From NCBI GenBank assembly GCA_963841565.1, contig CAWJCY010000002.1, positions 1-64,000 of the forward strand: DNA of 64,000 nt. The letters are read 5' to 3'. The position numbers and the translations under genes are program-made. Source of the DNA: an uncultured Nitrososphaerales archaeon. Lineage in GTDB: Archaea; Thermoproteota; Nitrososphaeria; Nitrososphaerales; Nitrososphaeraceae. Positions 40,599-51,049 of the stretch are shown here, piece by piece (the first letter of the stretch is position 1; every line of letters begins with the position of its first letter). The notes under the pieces were generated by a model. The model saw nothing but the letters and a program-made list of their open reading frames with translations, had not been told where the DNA came from and did no database searches.

Positions 40599-41645
40599 TT
40601 AACCAAATTCCTTTTCTAGCATTCCTTTCTTTTCGCTAATTTGAAACAATTCGTCTGTTTTTTTTAGTGCTTCCGACCTAGGTCTTCGCATAATCATTGA
40701 CTGGAGAAGAAGATGATTCTCTGGGATTACAAGGCCTGTTTGGTCATCGGAATACACAATCTTTAGAGTTTCACCCTGGACGCGTAGCACATCTTGATGA
40801 ATGTGTACCATGTTCGTATCTCCATGTTCAAATCCGAGCTCTATTGCTTTCATTCTAACATCCGCTGTTCCTTTAGCAGAATTTAAAATGGCTACAGCGA
40901 ATTCATTCGTAAATAGGTCTAGAATTTGGTCCTTGGTGGGGGATCTTGAACGGAAACGGACAATCATCTGGTGAAGATGCATCATTCTAGAAGGTACTTT
41001 AAAGGCCTCAACATAAAGATTGGCATGAGGAATAAAGTCCTTCACGTCCTCTTGATGATGAGGATTTTTATCCCACTGGATGGAATCCTTCACGTCTTTG
41101 GAATCTTCTAGATCTGCCCACCTTCTAACCAACGTGACATCAAAACGTTGGATTTCATCTCCAAACTTTTCCATCAGCGGCTGCATGACTTTGCCCATTC
41201 CAGATACATTACAGCTGCCTTGGATGATGTATTGTTTTCCTGAGGCTTCATCGTAATTTACTCTAGAATTATGGATCATTTTTGCGACTGCTCTGTCACC
41301 ATGTCGTTCTTCTCCTCCCTGAAAGATAGCAGGTTTTCTCATAGGTTCATAGAGTTTTGTTTTATTGCTGTATCCGTTACCTTCCTTAGCCGCGTCTAAC
41401 ACTAGGTCACATTCAAAGACAGCTTCCTTCACAGAACCGGCTATCGAGTTCTTGTATTTATGAAGCAAGTTTTCAGGGACGTAAATATCAAATTTATTCT
41501 TGAGATCTTTTAATATCTGCTCATCTAAAGTATATTTGGCTATCCCCAACAAACCAAATTCGTTGTCCTTTGATAGGGCGGAAGCGAGTCTCCTTCCTAT
41601 ATTCCCATATCCGTTAACGAATATCTTGACCTTTTGCTTCACCAT
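40599..41645 (-). CDS. gap: Archaeal type II glyceraldehyde-3-phosphate dehydrogenase
   Basis: NGYGNIG, FQGGE, GSCN, RRWAD, VIPEN. Confidence 0.9.
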   Translation of the reverse strand: MVKQKVKIFVNGYGNIGRRLASALSKDNEFGLLGIAKYTLDEQILKDLKNKFDIYVPENLLHKYKNSIAGSVKEAVFECDLVLDAAKEGNGYSNKTKLYEPMRKPAIFQGGEERHGDRAVAKMIHNSRVNYDEASGKQYIIQGSCNVSGMGKVMQPLMEKFGDEIQRFDVTLVRRWADLEDSKDVKDSIQWDKNPHHQEDVKDFIPHANLYVEAFKVPSRMMHLHQMIVRFRSRSPTKDQILDLFTNEFAVAILNSAKGTADVRMKAIELGFEHGDTNMVHIHQDVLRVQGETLKIVYSDDQTGLVIPENHLLLQSMIMRRPRSEALKKTDELFQISEKKGMLEKEFG

Positions 41646-41831
41646 AGGATAAGAAGCAGAAGGTTTGCTTTTATATACTGTAGTTGACCTATAGAGTTGA
41701 GACGGACCGATTATCAATTAGATTTTTATAGGTTGAAGAAAATTAATAGGAGCATACACTCGTGATCGATTCACTTCCGGCTTCAGCTACAAATGAACTG
41801 CAGGGATTTCACATGGAGGTGATATTTCAAC

Positions 41832-42419
41832 TTGAAAATCCTTATCATTGACAACTATGACTCTTTTGTTTACAATGTGGCTCAACTGATTGGCAAGCTA
41901 GGATATAGGCCTACTGTGATCCGAAATGATGAAAGAACAGTAAAGGATATTAGGAAAATGAATCCGGATGGTATCGTGATATCACCAGGCCCAGGAACTC
42001 CTACAGAAAAGCGAGACTTTGGAGTATGCGGTGGTGTTATTAGTCACCTAGGCCCTTCGTTTCCTATACTAGGGATTTGTCTGGGACATCAAGGCATAGT
42101 CAGCTCATTTGGTGGAAGGATTATTAATGCTAAGGAAATCAGGCATGGAAAGGTAAGTGAAATAAAATACGCATCTAGTGATTTGTTCATCGATCTTGAT
42201 AATCCATTTGTAGCGACACGATATCATTCACTTGTTGCTGATCCGTCCAAGATCCCGGATTGCCTGGAAGTTACGGCACTTTCCAATGACGATCATGAGA
42301 TAATGGCAGTGAGGCATAAGAAGTATCTAATTGAAGGGGTACAGTTCCACCCTGAATCAGTAATGACATCGCAAGGTCCTCAGATTCTTCTAAATTTTTT
42401 GAATATGATAAGGAGATGA
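41832..42419 (+). CDS. trpG: Anthranilate synthase component II (glutamine amidotransferase)
   Basis: IDNYDSF, SPGPG, GICLGHQ, RYHSL, QFHPES. Confidence 0.93.
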   Translation: MKILIIDNYDSFVYNVAQLIGKLGYRPTVIRNDERTVKDIRKMNPDGIVISPGPGTPTEKRDFGVCGGVISHLGPSFPILGICLGHQGIVSSFGGRIINAKEIRHGKVSEIKYASSDLFIDLDNPFVATRYHSLVADPSKIPDCLEVTALSNDDHEIMAVRHKKYLIEGVQFHPESVMTSQGPQILLNFLNMIRR

Positions 42420-43498
42420 AATCTGCTAGATCTCCATTGCAAGTATTGATCGAGAGAGTGGTCACAGAAAAGGCTAATCTAAGCAGAGCAGATACGGTCT
42501 TCGCATTCGAGTGTATGTTCAATGGTAGTGAATCTGACACAGCTATTGGTTCGTTTCTTACTGCTTTGGCCATGAAGGGTGAATCCGATGACGAGATATT
42601 GGGAACCTATGAAGCAGTTAGGAAGAAAGAAAACATGTTTGGGCCTGCATTGGGACCGTCCATTGATATCTGCGGTACGGGTGGAGAAGCACTAAAAACT
42701 TTTAACATAAGCACTGCTGCCGCCATTGTCACAGCGGCTTCTGGTTGCCGAGTTGCAAAACACGGAAACCGTTCCATGTCTGGTCCTTGTGGAAGTGCAG
42801 ATTTCCTTGAGGCTGTAGGGTTTGATCTACTTTCGCCTAACGAGAGGTTGTTGCGTTCGCTTGATAAAGTGGGACTTACCTTTCTGTTCGCGCCCAATTT
42901 TCATCCCTTGATGAAAAATATTTCCAACGCGCGGAGGGCATTGGCAATAAGAACAATTCTAAATATTGTCGGTCCACTTTGCAATCCTTGTGTTAATTTA
43001 AGTGGGCAGCTAATAGGTGTGTCCAAGGCATCCTTATTAACACAGATATCTAATGTGATGAAAAAATCAAATCTTAAGAGATTCATGGTAGCTTATTCAC
43101 AAGATGGATTTGATGAGTTGACCAATACTTGCGATAGTAATGTTATCTACTTCAATCAAGGCCAGCTAAGCAAACTTCTCATCCACCCACAGGAATATGA
43201 TTTGGCTCTCTCGGAAAAGGATGATCTGACAATAAGTTCGAAAGAGGAGTGTATTAGACTAACCATGGAAACCATATATGGCTATGCTCCAGTGAAGATA
43301 CTGGATGCAATTGTGTTAAACGCTGCTGCTGCTTTGCTAATAGGGAATTTAGTTGACAAGCTTAGTGAAGGGATAGAGTTAGCTAGAAATAACATAAAGA
43401 ATGGAAATGCACGCGCAATTCTTCATGAGCTCATAAGGGAGTGTGGCGACGAGGAGAAACTGCTAAGGGTCGAACGAACTCTTCGTAAGCGACATTAA
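42416..43498 (+). CDS. trpD: Anthranilate phosphoribosyltransferase
   Basis: DICGTGG, TFNIST, KHGNR, GSAD, GPLCNP, DGFDE. Confidence 0.94.
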   Translation: MKSARSPLQVLIERVVTEKANLSRADTVFAFECMFNGSESDTAIGSFLTALAMKGESDDEILGTYEAVRKKENMFGPALGPSIDICGTGGEALKTFNISTAAAIVTAASGCRVAKHGNRSMSGPCGSADFLEAVGFDLLSPNERLLRSLDKVGLTFLFAPNFHPLMKNISNARRALAIRTILNIVGPLCNPCVNLSGQLIGVSKASLLTQISNVMKKSNLKRFMVAYSQDGFDELTNTCDSNVIYFNQGQLSKLLIHPQEYDLALSEKDDLTISSKEECIRLTMETIYGYAPVKILDAIVLNAAAALLIGNLVDKLSEGIELARNNIKNGNARAILHELIRECGDEEKLLRVERTLRKRH

Positions 43499-43715
43499 GA
43501 GGAAAATCATTCATGAGGCCGCCAGAAGGCGAATCTACTGCGTCGACGCTACTCTTACCGATAAGAGCCGCTGCGGGGATTTCAAGTTGCTTTTTTTCTA
43601 TAGTAATTTAATAGAATTTGGTTTTGTCGATCAATGACCGGGATTATTGCTATTAAAGGAAGAAAAAATTTGTTATCTAACACTTGCTTGCGTTTATCAA
43701 GTGCAGATCATTTAT

Positions 43716-43976
43716 TCACTTTTTTTTAGTTTTTGACTTCGGCTTAGCCTTAACCTTAGCCTTAGAGCTTGATTTCTTTGCTACTTTTCTCTTGCCTGCC
43801 TTAGCCTTAGGAGCAGCTGCAGTTTTTACCCTGCCACCACCTATTTTGAACATTTTTGTACTACAAACAGGACAAGTTCCTGACAAAGCCCTTTGACCAT
43901 TTTTCATCGTTATCTGCTTTTCATCTTCCATATCTCGTTTTGCCTTACATTTTACACAATACGCTTGTGTTGCCAA
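43716..43976 (-). CDS. DUF5679-like Zn-ribbon protein with a Lys/Ala-rich tail
   Basis: AYCVKCK...GTCPVCSTKMFKIG followed by a basic tail. Confidence 0.85.
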   Translation of the reverse strand: MATQAYCVKCKAKRDMEDEKQITMKNGQRALSGTCPVCSTKMFKIGGGRVKTAAAPKAKAGKRKVAKKSSSKAKVKAKPKSKTKKK

Positions 43977-44478
43977 CTACAGATAATCTATCCTGCTTAA
44001 ATATAAGAATAGCTCCTATCACAGAGTCGTTGTAGTCTTTATTACCATATCAATACAGGGATCATGATACTTTTTTCCAGAAACGAGTATTCTAACTTCG
44101 ACACGTGGTCCAAATTCTCTATTGTTCTACGGAATGGTGTTTACTATCCAAGAGATTTGGATTGTCCTCTTGCAAGGGAAGCTTCCTAGTAAAGGCGCTT
44201 CGACGAAATCTTGTAGTTCTTCAATGGGACTTTCGTTAGAGATGAAACATTCATCGATGGTAAGATGGAATTATGTTGTATCTAGGGGTGTCTTAGTCCA
44301 ATAGTTAAATATGATTCGAAATTTGAAGTTTAATCAAATCAGGCAATTTGTAGTTCTACATTTGCAGTCCGAGCTACCCTAATTTCAGTCACTCGTTATC
44401 TATTACCTAACAAAAATGAACTGAATGCAAGTACGAGTGCTATTAATTTTAATATTGAATGCAAGTAGATGATTTTGC

Positions 44479-46002
44479 CTAAGTGGTGAGTTTTGAATCA
44501 TTCATTCCGAATATCTTAGTAAAGTAATCTGCCTGTTCATGGTCTAGTTCTTCTGTTTCACCTTCGTGGACGTTTGCCAATTTCTTTGCCAACTTCTTTT
44601 TGTATCCCAACTGCATTTGTCTTGCAATCTGTATGCGTTGGGCCTGGGGTGAACCCGCCCCATGCATAGACTCGGTAAGATATCCCACTGCGTTCCTACC
44701 AAGTGTCATGTTTTCAATTAATCTTAATATTCTTACACGGTTTTCCGTTGATACGCCTTTTCTTCCCTTCAAATATTTTTCAAGCAGAGGCCCAACTATT
44801 GGGCTCTTAAAATCCTTCTCAGATGGCATGGTAACCATTAAGCCTCCTGCCACATCCTGGGCTATTCTGCTCAGCTCATAAGGAAATCTAGTTACATTGT
44901 GCTTGCAGACATTAGCAAGCATATCGTCGTTTTGAAAATTACCAGAGGCAGTCTGTTGGGACTGGTACGATGATGCAATCCCTGCTGCAAAAATGGTCTC
45001 ATTCAAATGAGTCATTTCTACTAGCTTGTCCTTGATATGAGAAGCGTTTGCCACTCCATTGTAATCGGCGATTGCAGCAGCAGCTCCGATCAAGACGTCT
45101 CCTAAGCCAGTCTTACAAACGTAGCTCCGTCTATGATAGCAGGTAAAGCGCTCTACAAGCATTGAGGCGTACTCAACTTCTCCATCCATGAAAATCCTTT
45201 CTTTTGGAATGAACACGTCCTTAAAAATTATCATGGCCTCTTGACCAGAAAACTGTGCATTTCCGGGGTCAATATCTCCACCTTCCATGCTTCGAGTATC
45301 GCATGATTGTCTGCCGTAAATGTAAGTTATCCCAGGAGCATCAACGGGCACTGCACCCACTATCGCGTAATCCCTATCTTCGGATCGTAATCTCATTGTA
45401 GGCATGACCATTATCCAATGTGAATTAATGCAGCCAGTCTGATGCGCTTTGGCTCCAGTCACGTATACCCCATTTTCATCTCTTTTTGAAACATGCAGAA
45501 ACATATCTGGGTCGTCCTGTTGGCTGGGAGAAAGGCTCCGATCACCCTTTACGTCAGTCATTGCTCCGCCAATGACCAAATTTTCAGTTTGAACAAATTT
45601 TATAAATTCCTTGAGTCTGGGATGATACGCGGTATTATGCTTCTTGTCGATTTCATAAGTAGTGGAATATAAAGAATTCAAGGCATCCATTCCGACACAT
45701 CTCTGAAAACAAGTGGCAGTCAGTTGTCCTAATTTTCGCTGCATACGATTCTGGTTGACTAAATCCGCTGCACTTTCGGTAATGTGTAAGAATCTATTCA
45801 CTCTCGTATCAGACAAGGAAGAATGAACCGAAGCCAGCTCAGGCTCCTTCTCGGCCAATTCATATGTTTCAGCAACAGCATTAATCGAAGGTCGTATCAT
45901 AGGATGATCAACGGGTTCATTTACAAGTTCTCCAAACAAATATACCTCTAGATTTCGTCCTCTGAGACTCTGTATATATTCCGCCCCACTGCGAATAGGC
46001 AT
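44479..46002 (-). CDS. hcd: 4-hydroxybutyryl-CoA dehydratase (3HP/4HB carbon fixation)
   Basis: TCFQRCVGMD, GAMTDVKGDR, GAKAHQTG, YHRRSYVCK, ESMHGAGSPQAQ. Confidence 0.96.
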   Translation of the reverse strand: MPIRSGAEYIQSLRGRNLEVYLFGELVNEPVDHPMIRPSINAVAETYELAEKEPELASVHSSLSDTRVNRFLHITESAADLVNQNRMQRKLGQLTATCFQRCVGMDALNSLYSTTYEIDKKHNTAYHPRLKEFIKFVQTENLVIGGAMTDVKGDRSLSPSQQDDPDMFLHVSKRDENGVYVTGAKAHQTGCINSHWIMVMPTMRLRSEDRDYAIVGAVPVDAPGITYIYGRQSCDTRSMEGGDIDPGNAQFSGQEAMIIFKDVFIPKERIFMDGEVEYASMLVERFTCYHRRSYVCKTGLGDVLIGAAAAIADYNGVANASHIKDKLVEMTHLNETIFAAGIASSYQSQQTASGNFQNDDMLANVCKHNVTRFPYELSRIAQDVAGGLMVTMPSEKDFKSPIVGPLLEKYLKGRKGVSTENRVRILRLIENMTLGRNAVGYLTESMHGAGSPQAQRIQIARQMQLGYKKKLAKKLANVHEGETEELDHEQADYFTKIFGMNDSKLTT

Positions 46003-46325
46003 GGTTAACTAATATTATCTTTGATATTATTTATATCTTCATTTCAACTTTTTGAAAAGTACTCTCACTATGATAGAATTATTTCACTAAATTGAGAACA
46101 AAGCATTTGTCTTATGCGATAAGATGCTAGCGCAAATAGGTATAGTGTAAATAGAAGTTGAAGATATAACATTCAAGTTTCTCGTCTTGAAAAGAAATCT
46201 AATTAACAAATAGGCAAAATATATAGAAATAGAATTAAACAAAAGGTTGGACGTATTAGCTTCTTGACGCTTTCGTATCTAAGCTTAGAAAGGTTTTTTA
46301 TTCACCGGATTTCCGTAGGGATTTA

Positions 46326-46859
46326 TTGGCTGCAAAACCACTTGATCTAAAGAAGTTAATAAAGAATTTTCCCGATTTCCCAAAACAAGGGGTATTATTC
46401 AGGGATATTAATCCTCTAATTAGTGACGGAGGTGCCTTGAATTATATCTCGGAAGAATTTTATCGCAGGTTTAGTGCAGAAAAACCTACGATGATCGCAG
46501 GAATTGAATCTAGAGGCTTTATTATTGCGACCTGTATCGCAATTAGATTTGGCGTAGGTGTGATCATGATTAGAAAAGCTGGAAAATTGCCAGGCAAGAT
46601 TAGTCGGCAATCATATCAGATTGAATACGGCACAGCGGAGATGGAAATTCAACAAGGCAGTCTTCTACCAGGACAAAATGTCATTGTTGCTGATGATTTG
46701 ATAGCAACGGGCGGCACGGCCTTGGCAGCTGCGAGGTTATTGAGAGAAGAGGGGGCTAATATCTCTGGATTCGCTTTTTTGATAGAACTAGGTGACCTGA
46801 GAGGTGGAGCTGCTTTACGCGAATTAGGATATAATACCCAGTCATTAATAGAGTACTAG
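46326..46859 (+). CDS. apt: Adenine phosphoribosyltransferase
   Basis: PDFPKQGVLFRDI, ESRGF, RKAGKLP, DDLIATGGT. Confidence 0.95.
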   Translation: MAAKPLDLKKLIKNFPDFPKQGVLFRDINPLISDGGALNYISEEFYRRFSAEKPTMIAGIESRGFIIATCIAIRFGVGVIMIRKAGKLPGKISRQSYQIEYGTAEMEIQQGSLLPGQNVIVADDLIATGGTALAAARLLREEGANISGFAFLIELGDLRGGAALRELGYNTQSLIEY

Positions 46860-46865
46860 TTCAAA

Positions 46866-47669
46866 ATGACGTCCGAGATCACTGCCGATATTGCAATTAT
46901 TGGGGGAACAGGCATGTATGATACTACCATACTCACAAATCTAGTAGAAGCTAAGATGAGCACTCCATTTGGACATCCTTCTGACCTCATCACCATAGGT
47001 GAATTGGAAGGTGTAAAGGTGGCATTTTTGCCTCGACACGGTAGAAATCATACAATACCTCCTCATGGCATTAACTATAGAGCAAACATTTGGGCGTTAA
47101 AGGAGATTGGAGTAACAAGAATAATTTCTCCCTCCGCTGTCGGAAGCCTTGATAGGGCTTTTGTCCCAGGGGACATCATATTACCTGACCAATTTGTAGA
47201 TTTTACTAAAAGGAGAGAACAAACCTTCTACTCGGGAGGAAGAGTTTGTCATATTTCAGTAGCCGACCCATTCTGTCCTGAGCTTAGAGATATAACTGCC
47301 AAATTGGCTAGAAAACATTCATTCCCTTGTCATGATCAGGCCGCATACTTGTGCATAGAAGGCCCGAGATTCTCAACAAGGGCGGAATCCAAATATTACC
47401 GCGAGGTGGTAGGCGCCCAAATAATCGGGATGACCCTAGTTCCTGAATGTGTGTTGGCGAGAGAGGCGGAAATTTGCTATTTATCATTGGCAACAATTAC
47501 TGACTTTGATGTATGGGCTCAACAACCCGTTAGCTCTCAAGGTATTTTGACCCAATTGAAAGAAAATATTGGGAAGATTAAGACCCTGATCAAGGAACTA
47601 ATCTTAGAGATACCGAAAAGTAGAAGTAGATGCAGCTGTGGAATCTCACTCAAAGATGCCTTGGTCTAG
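46866..47669 (+). CDS. mtnP: S-methyl-5'-thioadenosine phosphorylase
   Basis: IIGGTG, LPRHG, NYRANI, EGPRFSTRAES, GMT, TDFD. Confidence 0.94.
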   Translation: MTSEITADIAIIGGTGMYDTTILTNLVEAKMSTPFGHPSDLITIGELEGVKVAFLPRHGRNHTIPPHGINYRANIWALKEIGVTRIISPSAVGSLDRAFVPGDIILPDQFVDFTKRREQTFYSGGRVCHISVADPFCPELRDITAKLARKHSFPCHDQAAYLCIEGPRFSTRAESKYYREVVGAQIIGMTLVPECVLAREAEICYLSLATITDFDVWAQQPVSSQGILTQLKENIGKIKTLIKELILEIPKSRSRCSCGISLKDALV

Positions 47670-47983
47670 ACAGTCATTTTATCTATATCCCCTTGCCGAT
47701 TCGGTTTCAGAATGACGTCCCCCTCAATAAGTTTTCTCTGGAGACTCAGTGAAAGTTTTTCGCCATCTAGACCCATTTTTGTGACCTCAGCAAGAGTTTT
47801 CTTTGAAAGATTTAAGCTAATGTTATGCCCACCGATCCTCCCAAATGCTAACGCATTAAAATTGAATTTCTTACCATCTATCAATAAATATCCTCTCAAC
47901 TTGCTTGCAATGTTTCCTCCTCTAGAGGAAGTTATCACCACAGTATAAGGGTGAGGGAATTCTGGAATCTTATTTGGTTGCAT
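47666..47983 (-). CDS. Conserved hypothetical protein
   Basis: Clean ORF overlapping the end of the upstream gene; AFGRIGGHN motif. Confidence 0.7.
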   Translation of the reverse strand: MQPNKIPEFPHPYTVVITSSRGGNIASKLRGYLLIDGKKFNFNALAFGRIGGHNISLNLSKKTLAEVTKMGLDGEKLSLSLQRKLIEGDVILKPNRQGDIDKMTV

Positions 47984-48407
47984 TTCCAGGAAGAACCTCA
48001 GTAACATCTAATGTTCGATTTACATTGGGCTCAACCAAAAAACTCCACCAATCAGCATCAACAATACTAAAGTTCTCACTATTGACATCAACCACTGACT
48101 CATCATCTGAATCAATGAATCGTTGAAGACCCTCTACAGCAAGTTCTACTAGCTTCCATCTGTTAGTCCCACTTCGCTTTCTATTTACTGCTACCGCCCA
48201 TTTCTTACTTTTGTCAATTCTATGCAGCCCGATCTTGTCTGAAATATCTAGGACACCGATTCTTTTTTCTTCACAGAATAACTCTTTCGTCACTACGCTT
48301 CGCCAGACATCAACAGATCCAATATTTCTATGTCCTTCATTTATATTGATAACCCCAAAATACACAACTCCGGTGACTGAATTGGAATTACTCGAATCCG
48401 ATGCCAA
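47970..48407 (-). CDS. Hypothetical protein
   Basis: 145-aa ORF in a co-directional run of genes. Confidence 0.72.
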   Translation of the reverse strand: MASDSSNSNSVTGVVYFGVININEGHRNIGSVDVWRSVVTKELFCEEKRIGVLDISDKIGLHRIDKSKKWAVAVNRKRSGTNRWKLVELAVEGLQRFIDSDDESVVDVNSENFSIVDADWWSFLVEPNVNRTLDVTEVLPGNATK

Positions 48408-48440
48408 TCAATTCGTCCTTAGATTTAACCATCGGTATAT

Positions 48441-48800
48441 TTAATTGGTTCTCGCCAAATCGTAGTACTTTTCTAAATAGACTGCTAGGCTATCCACTTT
48501 ATCGTTCTTACCATATTCCACGCCAAGCTCATTGCATCTCCTTCTATACCTGTTAGAGAGGGCGAATCGGGGATGAAGTGATTCAAATTTATCGTCTCCG
48601 ATTTCGATAAACATTCCTTTCTCCGTCAACATAGTTGAATAGAGCTTGGCCTTCTCAGCATTCCAACTGCAAGCCTCTGCAATTTTGGATACAGTCAATT
48701 TCCCAGAATATACGACCAACAAGTAAAGTTGGGCTTCATTTGGATCCAGCCCTAATATTGATGTTAATGTATAATCGGAATTTCTACGACGCGCAATCAC
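48441..48800 (-). CDS. TrmB-family HTH regulator
   Basis: LGLDPNEAQLYLLVV..GKLT...IA; FESLHPRFAL. Confidence 0.8.
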   Translation of the reverse strand: MIARRRNSDYTLTSILGLDPNEAQLYLLVVYSGKLTVSKIAEACSWNAEKAKLYSTMLTEKGMFIEIGDDKFESLHPRFALSNRYRRRCNELGVEYGKNDKVDSLAVYLEKYYDLARTN

Positions 48801-48878
48801 GACAGTTCCCAGTACTTTGCAATAGCCTTTATTAAGGTATAATCGCTTTGTTCAGCTAAAATCCAGGTGTAAATTAAT

Positions 48879-49736
48879 TTAATACACTACTTGATTCATC
48901 GTAACCTGAGCACCCAGCCCGGAGAACACAAGAATATTAACAATGACTACAGAAATTACAATAAGCGCCGGAAATGTCAATCCTTTTACCCCTCCCGGGA
49001 TTATCTGGTGCCTGAAAATAACCAAGAATGCAGCAGCGAGAATACCTGTTATAGATAAAGATGATATCAAACTTGCATTTGCGATTAGCTCAGTGGCATA
49101 AGAAACACTAGAAATCACACCGATCTGTGTATAAAGCCCCGAGAAAACTATCAGATTCACGGCCACCACCGATGCTACAGTAACCGTAGATAAGAAGACG
49201 CCTTTCGTTCCCCTAGGAATTATCTGCCTCCTGAACATAATCAGGAACGCCGCAGCGAGAATACCTGTTATCGATAAAGATGATATCAAACTTGCATTTG
49301 CGATCATCTTGTCTAAATCCAATCCAGGGAGGCCCAAAGCCGAATTAACCTGCAATACAGATATTATTGCAGCAACGATACCTGCATAAGGAATTATCCA
49401 CATAAACTCCTTTAATGACTGTCGCCCTATGCTTCCTCTGGATGGCATCTGATCCTCCATCACCTTAGGAGAGACAGAAACTTGCTCTGGTCGATTGTCG
49501 ATGTAACTATGATCGATTTCTTGAAGAAACCGAAATCCTTGGTCAGTAAGGGTATATTGCTTCGAATTTTTTCCTACATAATTAGCCATTCGCTCAAGAT
49601 GATAGTATATGGAGCCGGTAGAAAGTCCGGTAGAATTTCTTATGTCGGAGAACCGTGCAGCTCCTCTCTTTTCTGCTATCGCTCTCAAGATCTTTATTCT
49701 AGTTCGTCTTGCCCGCAGCTGCGTCTCTCCGGTCAA
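48879..49736 (-). CDS. Membrane-tethered winged-helix regulator with a duplicated TM module
   Basis: RIKIL...RFSDI...GLSTGSIYYHL...YTLT..G; C-terminal hydrophobic helices with a 73-aa internal repeat. Confidence 0.82.
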   Translation of the reverse strand: MTGETQLRARRTRIKILRAIAEKRGAARFSDIRNSTGLSTGSIYYHLERMANYVGKNSKQYTLTDQGFRFLQEIDHSYIDNRPEQVSVSPKVMEDQMPSRGSIGRQSLKEFMWIIPYAGIVAAIISVLQVNSALGLPGLDLDKMIANASLISSLSITGILAAAFLIMFRRQIIPRGTKGVFLSTVTVASVVAVNLIVFSGLYTQIGVISSVSYATELIANASLISSLSITGILAAAFLVIFRHQIIPGGVKGLTFPALIVISVVIVNILVFSGLGAQVTMNQVVY

Positions 49737-49856
49737 TATCGTTGGGTATGCTCCGAAATTATTTATCTCTTTCCTTGATAGGTATTCATACCTAAATCAT
49801 CTAGGTGGCGGAGATACGCTGATATTACGCTTCAATATTTACAGCCGTTGCTGGGT

Positions 49857-49994
49857 GGGGTCGTAGCGAAGCCAGGGATCGCAACGGGCTCCAGATCTTA
49901 CATCCCAACCAACGTAATTGGGCAGAAACCCGTGGATCAAGGGTTCAATTACTGACACTTAATGGTGCAGGTAGAACATATCCCTTCGGCCCCA
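49857..49994 (+). tRNA. tRNA-Trp(CCA) with two introns (~49895-49927 at 37/38; 49949-49979 at 58/59)
   Basis: GGGGTCG/CGGCCCC acceptor, ACGGG-CTCCAG..A-CCCGT anticodon arm; T-loop BHB with GTTC/GAAC helix; spliced length 74 nt. Confidence 0.9.
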
Positions 49995-50132
49995 TCCCTT
50001 CATATTATGAATATTTAGACTCAAGTATGTGGTAATCACGCTAAAACCGAAATGCTCCCCAGGTTACGGCATGAGTAGATTGTTGGTTTTCATACTAAAG
50101 GTGTATGCCTGTTGTAACGTTATTGAATCAAC

Positions 50133-50420
50133 CTATGTGATTTTTCTCGTATTGCGCCACATTCCTAGCCTTAGCAATAATATTCCTGCAGCTATTCCTG
50201 CCAAAGACACAATTAAGGTAATAGGTTGGACAATACCTCTAAGGGGTTCAGGAGCATCAGAAATGAATTCACACTTGTCAGTGCTATCTTCACAGTATTT
50301 TGAGACTGGGAAAGCCAAAAGTACAATAATCAACGTCACCAGGATGGCAACTCCTATCAGAGAGGAAATTGCCCCACCCTTGATCAAGACATCTTCAAAC
50401 CGATCCAATCTTTTACTCAC
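50133..50420 (-). CDS. Small two-TM membrane protein
   Basis: Two hydrophobic helices flanking a Cys-pair loop. Confidence 0.7.
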   Translation of the reverse strand: MSKRLDRFEDVLIKGGAISSLIGVAILVTLIIVLLAFPVSKYCEDSTDKCEFISDAPEPLRGIVQPITLIVSLAGIAAGILLLRLGMWRNTRKIT

Positions 50421-50443
50421 TCATTATTCAAAATAAATTTGAA

Positions 50444-51049
50444 TCATAGATGGCGAAGTCGCTTGACGTCCATTACCTTGAAATAATATGTTGAGTCGAC
50501 TGAAACTTGCACAAACTTATCATTATGGTACAAAAAGGGAATTGAGCCCCTCACATGGCCTTCCCATAGATCATGCACCAATGAAAAATACTCTTTTCTA
50601 TGTCTTCCTAGGAGTCTCAAACACTCATGAGTAAGAAGGTGAGATATTTTTGTACAGTTGTTTTCCGCAAAGAATCTGGATCTATCATAACCAACTACAT
50701 TATCTTCTGGTCTCTTCCAATAAACCATCGAAAAATTTTCGGCTGAATAACCCTCAATCTTACAATCAGTCCAGATCGGTTTAAAATAGGCCAAATAGAA
50801 ATGATAAGTTGATGAACCTCGTTCTTTGTGATCTCTTGTCAGGTAGCCAATTGACATTCGATCGAACAAATGGCCTGGAATCACAGGCAATATATCAGCA
50901 TCTAATGTGAAACTAATATTGAAATTCCTTTTCATCCACCAATTGAAAAAACGTACCATGGATAGAACATAATTCCAATCTTGACTTTCTCTGTCCTTCC
51001 ATTCTGACTCTTTGGCAACATAGATGAAAAATAATTTTCCTCTATTCAT
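50444..51049 (-). CDS. Conserved hypothetical protein (zincin-like HxxxHE)
   Basis: YLAYFKPIWTDC, NCTKISHLLTHE; ATG at 51049 preferred. Confidence 0.75.
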   Translation of the reverse strand: MNRGKLFFIYVAKESEWKDRESQDWNYVLSMVRFFNWWMKRNFNISFTLDADILPVIPGHLFDRMSIGYLTRDHKERGSSTYHFYLAYFKPIWTDCKIEGYSAENFSMVYWKRPEDNVVGYDRSRFFAENNCTKISHLLTHECLRLLGRHRKEYFSLVHDLWEGHVRGSIPFLYHNDKFVQVSVDSTYYFKVMDVKRLRHL

